From an uncultured delta proteobacterium (GTDB lineage: Bacteria; Myxococcota; Myxococcia; Myxococcales; Myxococcaceae): a stretch of DNA of 64,000 bases. Below are positions 31,216-41,311 of the stretch, one piece after another. The notes under the pieces were generated by a model. The model worked only from the letters and a program-made list of their open reading frames with translations, made no database searches and had not been told where the DNA came from. The stretch covers positions 320,001-384,000 of the forward strand of contig CAVQKE010000003.1 in the NCBI GenBank assembly GCA_963713045.1. Reading direction: 5' to 3'. Each line of letters opens with the position of its first letter. Position 1 is the stretch's first letter. A program made the position numbers and the translations under genes.

Positions 31216-32303
31216 GGGGGCGGGGCCGCCTCGCTGCTTGGTGCCGGACGCACCCTCGGCATCGGCGGCGTCGCCGTCGCCACGCCGTCGCGGCCCCGCC
31301 CCTTCACGCTGTACATGGCGGCGTCGGAGGCGGCGATGAGGCCGAGGCCATCCCGGGAATGGTCTGGGAAGCAGGCCACGCCGATGGAGGCAGTGACGCG
31401 GAGCTGCAGGCCCTGTTCGGCGGTGAAGCGTTGGGTCCGAAACGCTTGCACCAGCCGCTCGGCCGTCTCGACAGCGCGCTGGGGGCCGGTCTCCGGTAGG
31501 AGGAGGGCAAATTCATCGCCGCCGTAGCGAAACGCCGAATCCACCGGACGGGCATGCTCCCTGAGGAGCAGCCCCACTTCCCGCAGCACCGCGCTTCCAG
31601 CCAGGTGCCCGTGGGCGTCATTCACCGCCTTGAAGTGGTCCAGGTCCAGAAAGAGGAGCGCCAGCGGGTGGCCGAAGCCTTGGGCCCGGGTCACCTCCCG
31701 GTCGAGCAGCGTCCGAAGCTGGCGCACGTTGCCGAGACCGGTGTGCTCGTCGGTCAAGGTGAGTTCCTGGGCGCGCTGGAAGTTGCGGGCATTCTCAATG
31801 GCGATGGCGGCGAAGTCGGCCACCGCGGTGACCGCTTGGAGGTCCTCATCGGTGAAGGTCGGGTCGCCCTCGCCATTCACCAATTCAATGACGCCCAGCA
31901 CCCGCCGGCGGAACACCAGCGGGACAGCCAGAACGCTGCGCGTGCGGAACGACGAGGCCGCGTCAAAGCGAGGAGAGAAGTCCGGCGCCGTGCGCACGTC
32001 GTCCACCCGGCGCGCCTGTCCGCTGACGAAGACTTGTCCCGCAATCCCTTCCCCGGGCTTCACCCGGAGGTGGCGCAGCTTCTGCGCCCCGTCCCCCACG
32101 GCAATCTCGAAATACAGGGTGCCTTCGTCGAACAGCAGGAGGGACCAATTTGCTGGCTTCAGCACCGCGGACACCTTCTGCATCACCAGGGATAGCACCT
32201 CGCGCGTCTCCAGCGTCGAGGTGAGGACTTTCGCAATCTCGTTGAAGGCGGCCAGCTGCTCCACCGTCCGCTTCAGGGCTGAAAGCAAGTCGGCAGGCTT
32301 CAT
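31203..32303 (-). CDS. GAF-GGDEF diguanylate cyclase
   Basis: GAF domain; DLDHFKAVND, RYGGDEF; I-site RPVD. Confidence 0.94.
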   Translation of the reverse strand: MKPADLLSALKRTVEQLAAFNEIAKVLTSTLETREVLSLVMQKVSAVLKPANWSLLLFDEGTLYFEIAVGDGAQKLRHLRVKPGEGIAGQVFVSGQARRVDDVRTAPDFSPRFDAASSFRTRSVLAVPLVFRRRVLGVIELVNGEGDPTFTDEDLQAVTAVADFAAIAIENARNFQRAQELTLTDEHTGLGNVRQLRTLLDREVTRAQGFGHPLALLFLDLDHFKAVNDAHGHLAGSAVLREVGLLLREHARPVDSAFRYGGDEFALLLPETGPQRAVETAERLVQAFRTQRFTAEQGLQLRVTASIGVACFPDHSRDGLGLIAASDAAMYSVKGRGRDGVATATPPMPRVRPAPSSEAAPPPQPA

Positions 32304-32381
32304 CGACGGCCTCGGCTCCCTTGAGAGGCTTCCCACCCGCTTCTTGCACGTTGACCCCGGGGGCGGTCAAACATCATTCTC

Positions 32382-32975
32382 ATGTCCGCCTCCCCTCCTC
32401 TGCTGGTGCTAGCCTCCGCTTCGCCCCGGAGGCAAGCGTTGCTCGCACAGTTTGGCCTTGCCTTCCTCGTCGACCCGGCCGACGTCGACGAGTCGCAGCG
32501 GCCCGGGGAGTCGCCCCGGACCTACGTCGTTCGCCTGGCCCAAGAAAAGGCCCAGGCGGTGGCCGCGCGCCACCCGGATGCCCTGGTCCTCGGGGCGGAT
32601 ACCACGGTGGCGGTGGACGAAGAAATTCTCGCAAAGCCAGCGGACGTCGGCCAAGCGCGGGCCATGCTGCGCCAGCTGGCCGGGCGCACCCACCTGGTGC
32701 ACACCGCAGTGGCCACCGCCGGCCGGCGCGTCGCAGTGCAGGCGGTGGAGACGTCGGTCCGCTTTGCGCCAGCCTCGGCCGCAGCCCTCGACTGGTATGC
32801 GGCCAGCGGCGAGCCGCTGGACAAAGCCGGGGCCTACGCGCTTCAGGGCGTGGGCGGGTTTCTCGTCGAGGCCATTTCCGGCAGTCCTTCGTCCGTCATC
32901 GGCCTGCCCCTGGTGGAGACGTTTCGGCTGCTGGAGGCCGGCGGGCTTCGGCTTCCGTGGGGGCCACCGACGTGA
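32382..32975 (+). CDS. maf: Maf family nucleoside triphosphate pyrophosphatase
   Basis: LASASPRR, GADT, DKAGAY, IGLP. Confidence 0.95.
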   Translation: MSASPPLLVLASASPRRQALLAQFGLAFLVDPADVDESQRPGESPRTYVVRLAQEKAQAVAARHPDALVLGADTTVAVDEEILAKPADVGQARAMLRQLAGRTHLVHTAVATAGRRVAVQAVETSVRFAPASAAALDWYAASGEPLDKAGAYALQGVGGFLVEAISGSPSSVIGLPLVETFRLLEAGGLRLPWGPPT

Positions 32976-33643
32976 ACGACGTGGCCAGCCGCTGGGCGGA
33001 GGTGCAAAGACGCGTCGAGGAGGCCTGCCGCCTCTCGGGACGCCCCCCGCACAGCGTCCAAGTGCTGGCCGTGTCTAAACTTCAACCCCTGGTGGCCATG
33101 CGGGCCGCCTACGCAGCTGGGGTGCGGGCTTTCGGCGAAAACTACGCGCAGGAGCTTCGCGACAAGGCGGATGCCCTGGTGGACTGTCCGGGCATCCGCT
33201 GGCACGCCATTGGGACGCTGCAAACCAACAAGGCCAAGTACGTGGCGAAAAGCGCGCACGTCTTTCACGCCTTGGACCGCGTGGCGTTGGCCGAGGAGCT
33301 GGCCCGGCGGCGCAGCGGAGCACCCCTCGAGGTGTACTTGGAGGTGAACCTCGGTGGGGAGGCCAGCAAGAGTGGGCTTGCCCCGGAGGCGGTGGGGACG
33401 CTGTTGGCAGCCGTCCGGGCCCTGCCCCAGCTGCAGGCCGTGGGGCTGATGTGCCTGCCCCCCTTTTCCGACAACCCAGAGGCCTCCCGTCCCTATTTCC
33501 AGAGGCTGCGGGCACTGGCCGAGGTGCACCGGCTTGCCGGCCTTTCGATGGGGACCACCCAGGACTTCGCCGTGGCGGTGCAGGAGGGAGCGACGGTGGT
33601 GCGCGTCGGCACGGCCCTCTTCGGCCCGCGGCCCACCGGCTAG
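32972..33643 (+). CDS. yggS: PLP homeostasis protein (YggS)
   Basis: AVSK, FGENYAQE, LQTNK, LSMG, VRVGTALFG; GTG overlaps the maf stop. Confidence 0.95.
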   Translation: MNDVASRWAEVQRRVEEACRLSGRPPHSVQVLAVSKLQPLVAMRAAYAAGVRAFGENYAQELRDKADALVDCPGIRWHAIGTLQTNKAKYVAKSAHVFHALDRVALAEELARRRSGAPLEVYLEVNLGGEASKSGLAPEAVGTLLAAVRALPQLQAVGLMCLPPFSDNPEASRPYFQRLRALAEVHRLAGLSMGTTQDFAVAVQEGATVVRVGTALFGPRPTG

Positions 33644-33849
33644 AGGGCCTTCAGCTTCAGCCGCCCCTCGTGGTTGATGCGCACTTGGTACTCAGCGCCA
33701 CAGTAGTGACACGAAATTTCATCCCGGTCCCGAAGGGCGTCGTCCATCGGGTTGTTGGCGCTGCAGGTGGGGCAGTCAAAATCCGTCGCCTGGCTGCGCA
33801 GCACCTCTTCCTTGAGGTCGTCCTCGTCCGCATTTTGGTCGGCAGGCAT
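33640..33849 (-). CDS. Small zinc-ribbon protein
   Basis: CPTC...CHYC; acidic N-terminus; GAGGAGG RBS. Confidence 0.75.
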   Translation of the reverse strand: MPADQNADEDDLKEEVLRSQATDFDCPTCSANNPMDDALRDRDEISCHYCGAEYQVRINHEGRLKLKAL

Positions 33850-33965
33850 GCTGTGGGCCTCCTCACGCCTCTGGCGGCATCCGCCGGGGGGCGCAAGGAG
33901 GGAGTTTACCTCCGGCGACGCTTCTCGGAATCCTGCGCTATTCTCTTGCGTTGAGTTCTCCTGCC

Positions 33966-34760
33966 ATGTCGCACCTTGCCCGCCTCGCTGCCACCCTGGC
34001 CATTTTCCTGGCGCCGGTGGCGGCGGCGGACACCACCGCCTTCGGGCCCGGCGAGCAGGTGCTGTACCGCGCCAGCTACCTCGGGATTCCCGCTGGCACG
34101 GTGCAGTTGACGGTGGGGGAAGAATTCCCCAACCAACCCGGGGTGTGGCCCGTCCTCGCCCTGGCGCGCTCGGACATTGGCCTCTTCTTCTACCCGGTGC
34201 ATGACAAGCTGGTCATCCACTGGGACGCCGAGCACAACCGCTCTCTGGGGATTGAGATGTGGGCCGATGAGAATCACCGGCGCGAGCACCTGAAAATGTC
34301 CTTCGACCCGGCGGAACCCAAGGTGTCCGTCTTCAGTCAGCGCGAGGGACAGCCTCCCTTTCAGCAGGACTCCGCGGTGGAACCCGGTGCCGCCGACGTC
34401 GCCTCCACGCTGTACCTGCTGCGGGCCAGGGCCCTGGAGCCTGGGACGGAATTCCACATTCCGGTGGTGACGCCGCACAGGCAATTCTCGGCGCACGTGG
34501 TGGTGGAGCGCCGCGAGCGGCTCCAGACGCCGCTCGGCGAAAAGGCTGTGGTGCGGGTGCTCTTCACCACGGAATTTGGCGGAAAGCTGGCCCAGAAGCG
34601 GGACTTCATCCTCTATTTCACCGACGACGAGGCACACCTGCCGGTGCGGCTGGAAGCAGAGATGGCCCTGGGCACGGTGGTGGCCGAGGCGGTGGAGTAC
34701 CACTCCGGGCTTCGGCTGCCTGGCCGGCCCCGGGCCGCCGCACGCGCGGGAGACCACTGA
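33966..34760 (+). CDS. Exported DUF3108-like protein
   Basis: Signal peptide; FGPGE..Y...YLGIPAG and FTDDEAHLPVR motifs. Confidence 0.8.
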   Translation: MSHLARLAATLAIFLAPVAAADTTAFGPGEQVLYRASYLGIPAGTVQLTVGEEFPNQPGVWPVLALARSDIGLFFYPVHDKLVIHWDAEHNRSLGIEMWADENHRREHLKMSFDPAEPKVSVFSQREGQPPFQQDSAVEPGAADVASTLYLLRARALEPGTEFHIPVVTPHRQFSAHVVVERRERLQTPLGEKAVVRVLFTTEFGGKLAQKRDFILYFTDDEAHLPVRLEAEMALGTVVAEAVEYHSGLRLPGRPRAAARAGDH

Positions 34761-34794
34761 CGCCGTGGGAGCCCCGCCCAGCGATGAGTGGCGC

Positions 34795-36111
34795 ATGGCC
34801 AGCGTGCTGCGGAATTCCTCCGACTGGCTGCGCGGCACGGTGCGGGCCAGCGAGCGCGAACGGCCCTCCCGGCGTGGCCTCTTCGTCACCGCCTTGCGCA
34901 TTGGCTTGGTGGGCTTCGGCGGTGGCATCAGCGTGTTGTCCAACATCGACGACGCGCTGGTGCGCCGACGCCGCTGGCTGACGCCACGGGAGTTTGCCCA
35001 CACCATCACCGTCGCGCAGATGCTGCCCGGTGGGGCAGCGGCCAACGCCTTGGCCTACGTCGGCCTGCGCTTCGGCGGATGGAGCGGCGCGCTGCTGGGC
35101 TACGCCGGCTTCGTCCTTCCGGGGGCGGTGGCGGTGCTGGTGCTGTCGGTGGTGTACGTCCACTTCGGCGCCATCCCGGCAGCCAGCGCGGTGCTGGCCG
35201 GCTGCAACGCAGCCGTGGTAGGCGTCATCGTCACCATCGCCCTCAAAATGGTGCGCACCGCGGTGGGCATGCCATGGCAGATGGCGGTGGCGGCCGGTGC
35301 ACTCCTGCTGTGCACCGTCGGCAGCGCCTCTCCGGCTGAGGTGGTGCTGCTCAGCATCGCGGTGGGCGTGGCGGTGGAGTACACGGCGCGGCGCGCGCTC
35401 CCGCGGGCGCTGGGGGCGCTGGCACGGCTCCGGGTGGCATTGCCCGAGGACGGCCGCGAACTGGGCCGCGCCCATCCTGAGCCCGAAGCGCCCCACCCCA
35501 CCGGGACACCCCCGCCCTTGGTGCGGACCCCGGCGCTGCTGGGCGTGTTGGCCGTGGGTTTGGGGTTTCTGCATGCCGGCGGCCTGGACGCGCACCTGGT
35601 GGAAATGGCGGTGGTGTACTTCCGCACCGGCCTCGGCGCCTACGGTGGCGGCTTCGCCATCATCCCCCACCTGAAGGCGATGGTGGCCTCGCATGGCTGG
35701 GCCACCGACCGGCAATTCACCGACGCCGTCGCCATCGGCAAGCTGACGCCCGGCCCGGTGCTGCTGATGGCCACCTGCCTGGGCTACCTCCAGCAGGGGC
35801 TGGCCGGGGCGCTGGTGGCCACCGTGGCCATCTTCACCGCCCCCTTTCTGCTGGTGGTGCTTTTGGGCAGTTGGCTGGACCGGATGCGCTCCCGGCGTTG
35901 GGTGCGTTCGGCCCTTCGGGGACTCACCCCAGCGGTGGTGGGGCTGATGGCTGGTGCCGCCATCACCCTCGGCACCGGCTTTCAGGACCGCGCGGAAATT
36001 GGCATCGCCGCTGTCACCGCCCTCACCCTGTCGCGCTTCGCCATCAACCCGGTGTGGATGCTGGTGTTGGGGGGCGGCGTCCGCCTGGTGCTGGGCGCGC
36101 TGGGCGTCTAG
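34795..36111 (+). CDS. chrA: Chromate transporter (long-chain CHR family)
   Basis: Two CHR halves: GFGGG...AQMLPG and GAYGGG...GKLTPGP. Confidence 0.9.
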   Translation: MASVLRNSSDWLRGTVRASERERPSRRGLFVTALRIGLVGFGGGISVLSNIDDALVRRRRWLTPREFAHTITVAQMLPGGAAANALAYVGLRFGGWSGALLGYAGFVLPGAVAVLVLSVVYVHFGAIPAASAVLAGCNAAVVGVIVTIALKMVRTAVGMPWQMAVAAGALLLCTVGSASPAEVVLLSIAVGVAVEYTARRALPRALGALARLRVALPEDGRELGRAHPEPEAPHPTGTPPPLVRTPALLGVLAVGLGFLHAGGLDAHLVEMAVVYFRTGLGAYGGGFAIIPHLKAMVASHGWATDRQFTDAVAIGKLTPGPVLLMATCLGYLQQGLAGALVATVAIFTAPFLLVVLLGSWLDRMRSRRWVRSALRGLTPAVVGLMAGAAITLGTGFQDRAEIGIAAVTALTLSRFAINPVWMLVLGGGVRLVLGALGV

Positions 36112-36470
36112 GCGCTGCGCGGCGCGACGGCCAGCCGCTGCGCGGCCTGGGCCAGTCGGCGACGCAGGCCGCTCAAGCTGGCCTCCAACGCCGACAGGGC
36201 CGCTTGGGCGTGGCCGTCGTCGGAGGCCTCGAGGAGGTCCAGCGGCGTCGGACGCTCGGCGAGCAGCGCCCGGAGGACGTCCTCCAGGTGAGCGCGGAGG
36301 GCTTCCAAGCCCTCCAGCGAGGCCCGCAAGTCCTCTTCCACAAAGTCCGCCAGCACGGCGCTTCCATGGCGCAGCGACAGGTGCCGCCGCAGCTGGTCCG
36401 CCGCGAGGCGGCTGAGGTCCTCGTCGGCCGAAGCGGTGGATGTGGCGAGCGCGGTCGAGTGGGTTGCCAT
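36108..36470 (-). CDS. Hypothetical helical protein
   Basis: ATG 36470 after AGGGGA; coiled-coil-like composition. Confidence 0.6.
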   Translation of the reverse strand: MATHSTALATSTASADEDLSRLAADQLRRHLSLRHGSAVLADFVEEDLRASLEGLEALRAHLEDVLRALLAERPTPLDLLEASDDGHAQAALSALEASLSGLRRRLAQAAQRLAVAPRSA

Positions 36471-36554
36471 GTCCCCTACAGTGGAGGGAACGCTAACGGC
36501 AAAGCCCACGGCGTCAAATTTCGGCTTCGGTGACGCCCCAGCGCCAGGGGCCCG

Positions 36555-37073
36555 CTAAATGAGGCCGCGGGCGCGGCGAATCTGCTCCACCGTCTTGTTG
36601 TACTCAATCTCGAAGGCGCTGGTGCCTTCCTGCAGATGCTTCAGCCGGGCCCGCGCCTCACGGTCAATCTCCTCGTCCACGTCGAGGTGGCGCTTCATGA
36701 TGGCGAAGATTTTGGTCCGCAGCGCATTGTCCGGGGCGAAGACTTCCTCCACGTTGCGGCTGATGAGGAGGAATTCAATCATCTGGTTGATGATGTACTC
36801 GACCCCCTCGTCGCCCATTTTGAAGCCGCGAACGTCTGCCATCTCGCGCTTCACCTGGTTGAATTTGCTGTAGTCGTAGCCGCGTCGCTCCAGGGCCTCG
36901 CGGGTCGCCTGGTTTACGCGGTCCTCGTTGGTAAGGTACTCACGCATGATGGCGGAGAGGTCCATCTCCGCGTCGGCGATGCGCATCGGCTCAATCTCGA
37001 CATCGCCGTCCTGCATCAACAGCTGGACGATTTCACGTGAGATGACGGGGATCACCTTGGGGTAGATCCGCAT
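36555..37073 (-). CDS. DUF507-like protein
   Basis: MRIYPKVIP start, NVEEVFA...LR, EIDREAR; highly biased codon usage. Confidence 0.75.
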   Translation of the reverse strand: MRIYPKVIPVISREIVQLLMQDGDVEIEPMRIADAEMDLSAIMREYLTNEDRVNQATREALERRGYDYSKFNQVKREMADVRGFKMGDEGVEYIINQMIEFLLISRNVEEVFAPDNALRTKIFAIMKRHLDVDEEIDREARARLKHLQEGTSAFEIEYNKTVEQIRRARGLI

Positions 37074-37186
37074 GGGTCTTCCATAGCCTCTTCGGGGGGC
37101 CGGTCCCGCGGTGCGGGGCCAGGGATGTGTTGTTTCCCTCATAGCGCATCCAGGCCAAAGCGCTCCGAAAAAGAGCTGTTTCTTCT

Positions 37187-39148
37187 TCACTTCGCATCGA
37201 TGGCCGGTTCCGGGCACACCACCGCCGAGGCGTCTTCCAGCGAGGCCTGTCGAACCTCGTCCTCGCCCCCGGACTGCTCCTCCCGCAGGACTTCCGTCTT
37301 GGTGGCGTGTAGGGCCGCATGAATTCGCTCGGCCAGCGCCACGCTGACCGAGTCCAACTGGGCCAATTCCTCGATGGACGCCTGGCGCACGCGTTTCAGG
37401 GAGCCGAAATGGCTGAGCAGGGCCCGCTTGCGGCCCGGGCCGACGCCTGGAATGTCCTCCAGCACACTGAGGAAATTGCGACGCCGCATCAGCTTCTGCT
37501 GGTAGCTGATGGCGAAACGGTGGGCCTCGTCCCGCAGCCGGGTGAGGAGGAAGAGTTCCGGCGCGTTCTGCCGGAGGACCACCGGGTCCCGCCTTCCGAG
37601 GACGAAGACGCGCTCTGGGCTGCGCACCACCGGCGCCTCGCGGCTTTCGACGTCCAGCTCGCGCGCCTTGGCCAAGCCCACCACGTCCAGCTGGGTGACC
37701 CCCACGTCGCGCATCGCGGCGTGCGCGGCGGCCAGCTGCCCCTTGCCACCGTCAATGACGAGCAGGTCGGGCAGCTGGCCTTCGGCCAGCCCGCGGCGGA
37801 GCCGCCGGGCCACCACCTCGTGAATGCTGGCGAAGTCGTCCTGCCCCCGCGTCAACTTCACCCGGAAGCGGCGGTAGCGTGACTTGTCGAGCTCTCCATC
37901 GGTCATCGCCACCGCGCTGCCGACCACCGCCGCGCCCTGAAAGTGGCTGATGTCGAAGCATTCGATGGACCGCGGCAGCCGGCTCAGCCCGAGGACGTCG
38001 GTCAAGCGCTCGAGGACGTCTTGGGTCTGCTGGCGTGAGCGCCGCTGCTCCTGGAAGGCCTGGGCGGCGTTGGCCCGTGCCATTTCCAGTAGCCGCACCC
38101 GCTCGCCCCGGCGCGGCGACAGGACACGGACCCGCTGCCCGCGCCGCTCACTGAGGAGCTCGGCCAGCGCCTCCCCCTCGCCCTCTGGAAGGCTGGGGAG
38201 CAGCACCTCATCCGGCACCAGGTTGCCTTGGGCGTAGTAGAGGTTGACGAAGCTGAGGAGCAACTCGGTGTCTGGAAATTCCTGTCCGCTGAAGGGGAAG
38301 GCCTGGCCCCCATGGAGGCGCCCCTGGCGGACGTACAGCACGTACAGCAAAAAGCGGTCGGCCTCGCGGTAGTGGGCGAAGACGTCCTGGTCCACCGGCT
38401 CGCTGGAGGCCACCGTCTGCCGCTCGAGCGAGCGCTGGATGGCAAACAGTTGGTCCCGCAGACGCGCCGCCTCCTCAAAGCGCAAGTCTTTCGCCGACTC
38501 CTTCATGCGGGCTTTGAGGGAGCCAGTCAGCTCCGAGGCTTTCCCCTCCAGGAAGAGGGCCACCTCGTGCACGCTGCGGGCGTACTCCTCGCGCGGGACG
38601 TTGTGGACGCAGGGCGCCGGGCAGCGGCCGATTTGGTACAAAAGGCAGGGCCGCTTGCGGTTGGCCAGGACGTGGTCCGAGCAGGTCCGGAGCTGGAAGT
38701 AGCGGTTCACGGTGCGCAACGTCTCGCGGATGCTGCTGGCCGAGGCATACGGCCCGAAATACTGCGCGCCGTCCCTTTCGAAGCGTCGCACCACTTCCAG
38801 CCGGGGGTAGGCCTGGGAGGTGTCCAGCCGCAGGCAGATGTAATTCTTGTCGTCCTTGAGGAGGACGTTGAAGCGCGGCTGGTGGCGCTTGATGAGTTCG
38901 TTCTCGAGGAGCAGCGCCTCCTTCTCATTGGAGACGACCACCGTCTCCAGGTCGCCGAGCAGGCCCTCGAGAATCGGAACGAAAGCGCGCGTGTCGCTGG
39001 AGCGGCCGAAGTAGCTGCGCACCCGACTGCGAAGGTTGACTGCCTTTCCGACGTAGATGACCTCCCCCCGGTGGTCCTTCATCAGGTAGACGCCGGGGCC
39101 GGCTGGGAGCGCCTCCAGCTTCTCCTCGAGCCAGTCCGGGAGGCTCAT
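37187..39148 (-). CDS. uvrC: Excinuclease ABC subunit C
   Basis: GIY-YIG (PGVYLM...YVGKA), CFDISH, [12 protein letters not shown] motif, RDEAHRFA, HhH. Confidence 0.97.
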   Translation of the reverse strand: MSLPDWLEEKLEALPAGPGVYLMKDHRGEVIYVGKAVNLRSRVRSYFGRSSDTRAFVPILEGLLGDLETVVVSNEKEALLLENELIKRHQPRFNVLLKDDKNYICLRLDTSQAYPRLEVVRRFERDGAQYFGPYASASSIRETLRTVNRYFQLRTCSDHVLANRKRPCLLYQIGRCPAPCVHNVPREEYARSVHEVALFLEGKASELTGSLKARMKESAKDLRFEEAARLRDQLFAIQRSLERQTVASSEPVDQDVFAHYREADRFLLYVLYVRQGRLHGGQAFPFSGQEFPDTELLLSFVNLYYAQGNLVPDEVLLPSLPEGEGEALAELLSERRGQRVRVLSPRRGERVRLLEMARANAAQAFQEQRRSRQQTQDVLERLTDVLGLSRLPRSIECFDISHFQGAAVVGSAVAMTDGELDKSRYRRFRVKLTRGQDDFASIHEVVARRLRRGLAEGQLPDLLVIDGGKGQLAAAHAAMRDVGVTQLDVVGLAKARELDVESREAPVVRSPERVFVLGRRDPVVLRQNAPELFLLTRLRDEAHRFAISYQQKLMRRRNFLSVLEDIPGVGPGRKRALLSHFGSLKRVRQASIEELAQLDSVSVALAERIHAALHATKTEVLREEQSGGEDEVRQASLEDASAVVCPEPAIDAK

Positions 39149-41230
39149 CTAGCGTCGCCCGCGCCCGCGCATCGCTGAGCGGCGCCGGCCTCCGGAGCGC
39201 TCCTGGCGTGCCGGGACTTCCTGAAGCAACGCGCGAGAGGGTGGCTTGAGGCCCAAGTCCATGTCCTTCAGGACCAGCACCTGGTCGCGCAGGGCGGCCG
39301 CCTTCTCGAATTCCATGGCGTCCGCGGCCTGCACCATCTGGCCAGAGAGGTCCTTGATGAGCGCCTTGACTTCCTCCGGGCGCAAAAGCTCCTCGCCGGC
39401 CTGGAGGGCCTGCTGCAACCCGTCCGTCCGGTACAGCACCTGCGACATGTCCAGGATGGCCTTGCGGACCCCGGCCGGCGTAATTCCGTGTTCCTGGTTG
39501 AAGCGCGCTTGCAGCTCGCGGCGGCGCCGCGTCTCTTCCACCGCGTCCCGAATGGAGTCTGTCTGTAAGTCCGCGTACATCAGGACCCGGCCTTCCAGGT
39601 GCCGTGCCGCCCGGCCGATGGTTTGGATGAGGCTGACCCGACTGCGCAGAAACCCCTCCTTGTCCGCGTCCAGGATGGCCACCAAGGACACCTCGGGGAT
39701 GTCCAACCCCTCGCGCAACAGGTTGATGCCCACCAGCACGTCGAATTCCCCACGCCTCAAGTCGCGGATGATGGCCGTCCGTTCGAGGGCATCGATGTCC
39801 GAGTGCAGGTAGCGCACCCGGACGCCGACATCGGCGAAGTATTCGGTGAGGTCTTCCGCCATGCGCTTGGTGAGGGTGGTCACCAGCACCCGCTGCTTCT
39901 TCGCCGCCCGCACCCGCACCTCTTCCAGCAGGTCCTCCACCTGGCTCTGGGCCGGACGCACCTCCACCTCCGGGTCGAGCAGTCCGGTGGGGCGGATGAC
40001 TTGCTCGACCACCACCCCGTGGCTCTTTTGCAATTCGTATTCGCCCGGGGTGGCGCTCACATAAATGGCCTGAGGCACCATCTGCTCGAATTCCGAGAAG
40101 CGCAGCGGGCGGTTGTCCAGCGCCGAAGGCAGCCGGAAGCCATACTCCACCAGCGTCTCCTTGCGGCTTCGGTCTCCCCGGTACATGGCGCCCACCTGGG
40201 GGACGGTCTGGTGACTCTCATCCAAGAAGACGAGAAGGTTCTTCGGGTAGTAGTCGAGGAGAACCGGCGGGGGCTCGCCGGGAGCCCTGCCCGAGAGGTG
40301 ACGGCTGTAGTTCTCAATCCCATTGCAGAAGCCCACCTGCTCCATCATCTCCAAGTCATACCGGGTGCGCTCCTCCAGACGCTGCACTTCGAGCAGCTTG
40401 CCTTGCCCCTTCAGTTCGGCCAGCCGCTGAGTCAACTCCTCGCGAATGCCGCGCACCGCCAGGTCCCGTTGCTCTTCCCCGGTGACATAGTGGCTCGCCG
40501 GAAAGACGGTCATCTTGTCCAGCTCGCCGAGGGTTCGCCCCCGCAGTGGGTCGAATTCCACAATCCGCTCCACCATGTCCCCGAAGAACTCCACCCTCTG
40601 GGCACGTTCCTCTTCGTAGGCCGGGAAGACTTCCACCGTGTCCCCCCGGACGCGGAAGGTGCCGCGGTGAAAGTCGACGTCGTTGCGCTCGTACTGGGCA
40701 TCGACCAGCCGCCGCATCAGCACGTCGCGGCCGAGTTCCTCGCCCCGGGCCGCGCGGACTGCCAAGTCGACGTAGCTTCTGGCCGTTCCCAGCCCGTAGA
40801 TGCACGACACCGAGGCGACGATGATGACGTCGTCGCGCGTCTGCAGAGAACGGGTGGCGGAGTGGCGCAGCCGCTCAATCTCGTCATTCACGAACGAGTC
40901 CTTCTCGATGTAGGTGTCCGAGGAGGGCAGGTATGCCTCCGGCTGGTAGTAGTCGAAGTAGCTGATGAAGTATTCGACGGCGTTGTGCGGAAACAGCTCG
41001 CGAAATTCGCCGTACAGCTGCGCCGCCAACGTCTTGTTGTGCACCATCACCAGCGTCGGCCGCTGTACCCTTTCAATGACGTTGGCCATGGTGAACGTCT
41101 TCCCGGAGCCGGTGACGCCCAGCAGCACTTGGTGCGCATCGCCGCGCGACACGCCGGAGGCCAGCTCCTCGATGGCGCGGGGCTGGTCCCCCCGGGGGCG
41201 GTAGTCGGTGACAAGCTGAAAGGCGGGCAT
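39149..41230 (-). CDS. uvrB: Excinuclease ABC subunit B
   Basis: [40 protein letters not shown] domain. Confidence 0.98.
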   Translation of the reverse strand: MPAFQLVTDYRPRGDQPRAIEELASGVSRGDAHQVLLGVTGSGKTFTMANVIERVQRPTLVMVHNKTLAAQLYGEFRELFPHNAVEYFISYFDYYQPEAYLPSSDTYIEKDSFVNDEIERLRHSATRSLQTRDDVIIVASVSCIYGLGTARSYVDLAVRAARGEELGRDVLMRRLVDAQYERNDVDFHRGTFRVRGDTVEVFPAYEEERAQRVEFFGDMVERIVEFDPLRGRTLGELDKMTVFPASHYVTGEEQRDLAVRGIREELTQRLAELKGQGKLLEVQRLEERTRYDLEMMEQVGFCNGIENYSRHLSGRAPGEPPPVLLDYYPKNLLVFLDESHQTVPQVGAMYRGDRSRKETLVEYGFRLPSALDNRPLRFSEFEQMVPQAIYVSATPGEYELQKSHGVVVEQVIRPTGLLDPEVEVRPAQSQVEDLLEEVRVRAAKKQRVLVTTLTKRMAEDLTEYFADVGVRVRYLHSDIDALERTAIIRDLRRGEFDVLVGINLLREGLDIPEVSLVAILDADKEGFLRSRVSLIQTIGRAARHLEGRVLMYADLQTDSIRDAVEETRRRRELQARFNQEHGITPAGVRKAILDMSQVLYRTDGLQQALQAGEELLRPEEVKALIKDLSGQMVQAADAMEFEKAAALRDQVLVLKDMDLGLKPPSRALLQEVPARQERSGGRRRSAMRGRGRR

Positions 41231-41273
41231 CCCCTTATTTCTAACGCAGCCCGGAGACGGCACCACCGCCTGG

Positions 41274-41298
41274 AAACGGCCTTTCGGCCGCTTTTTTT
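41274..41298. terminator. Bidirectional intrinsic-terminator-like hairpin between cysS and uvrB
   Basis: CGGCC-TTTC-GGCCG followed by C+T7 on +; GAAA loop and TTT on -. Confidence 0.6.
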
Positions 41299-41311
41299 GG
41301 TGCGCGTGCCC

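Noticed and set aside
41231..41311. LexA box upstream of uvrB
   Set aside because: No recognisable SOS-box-like palindrome
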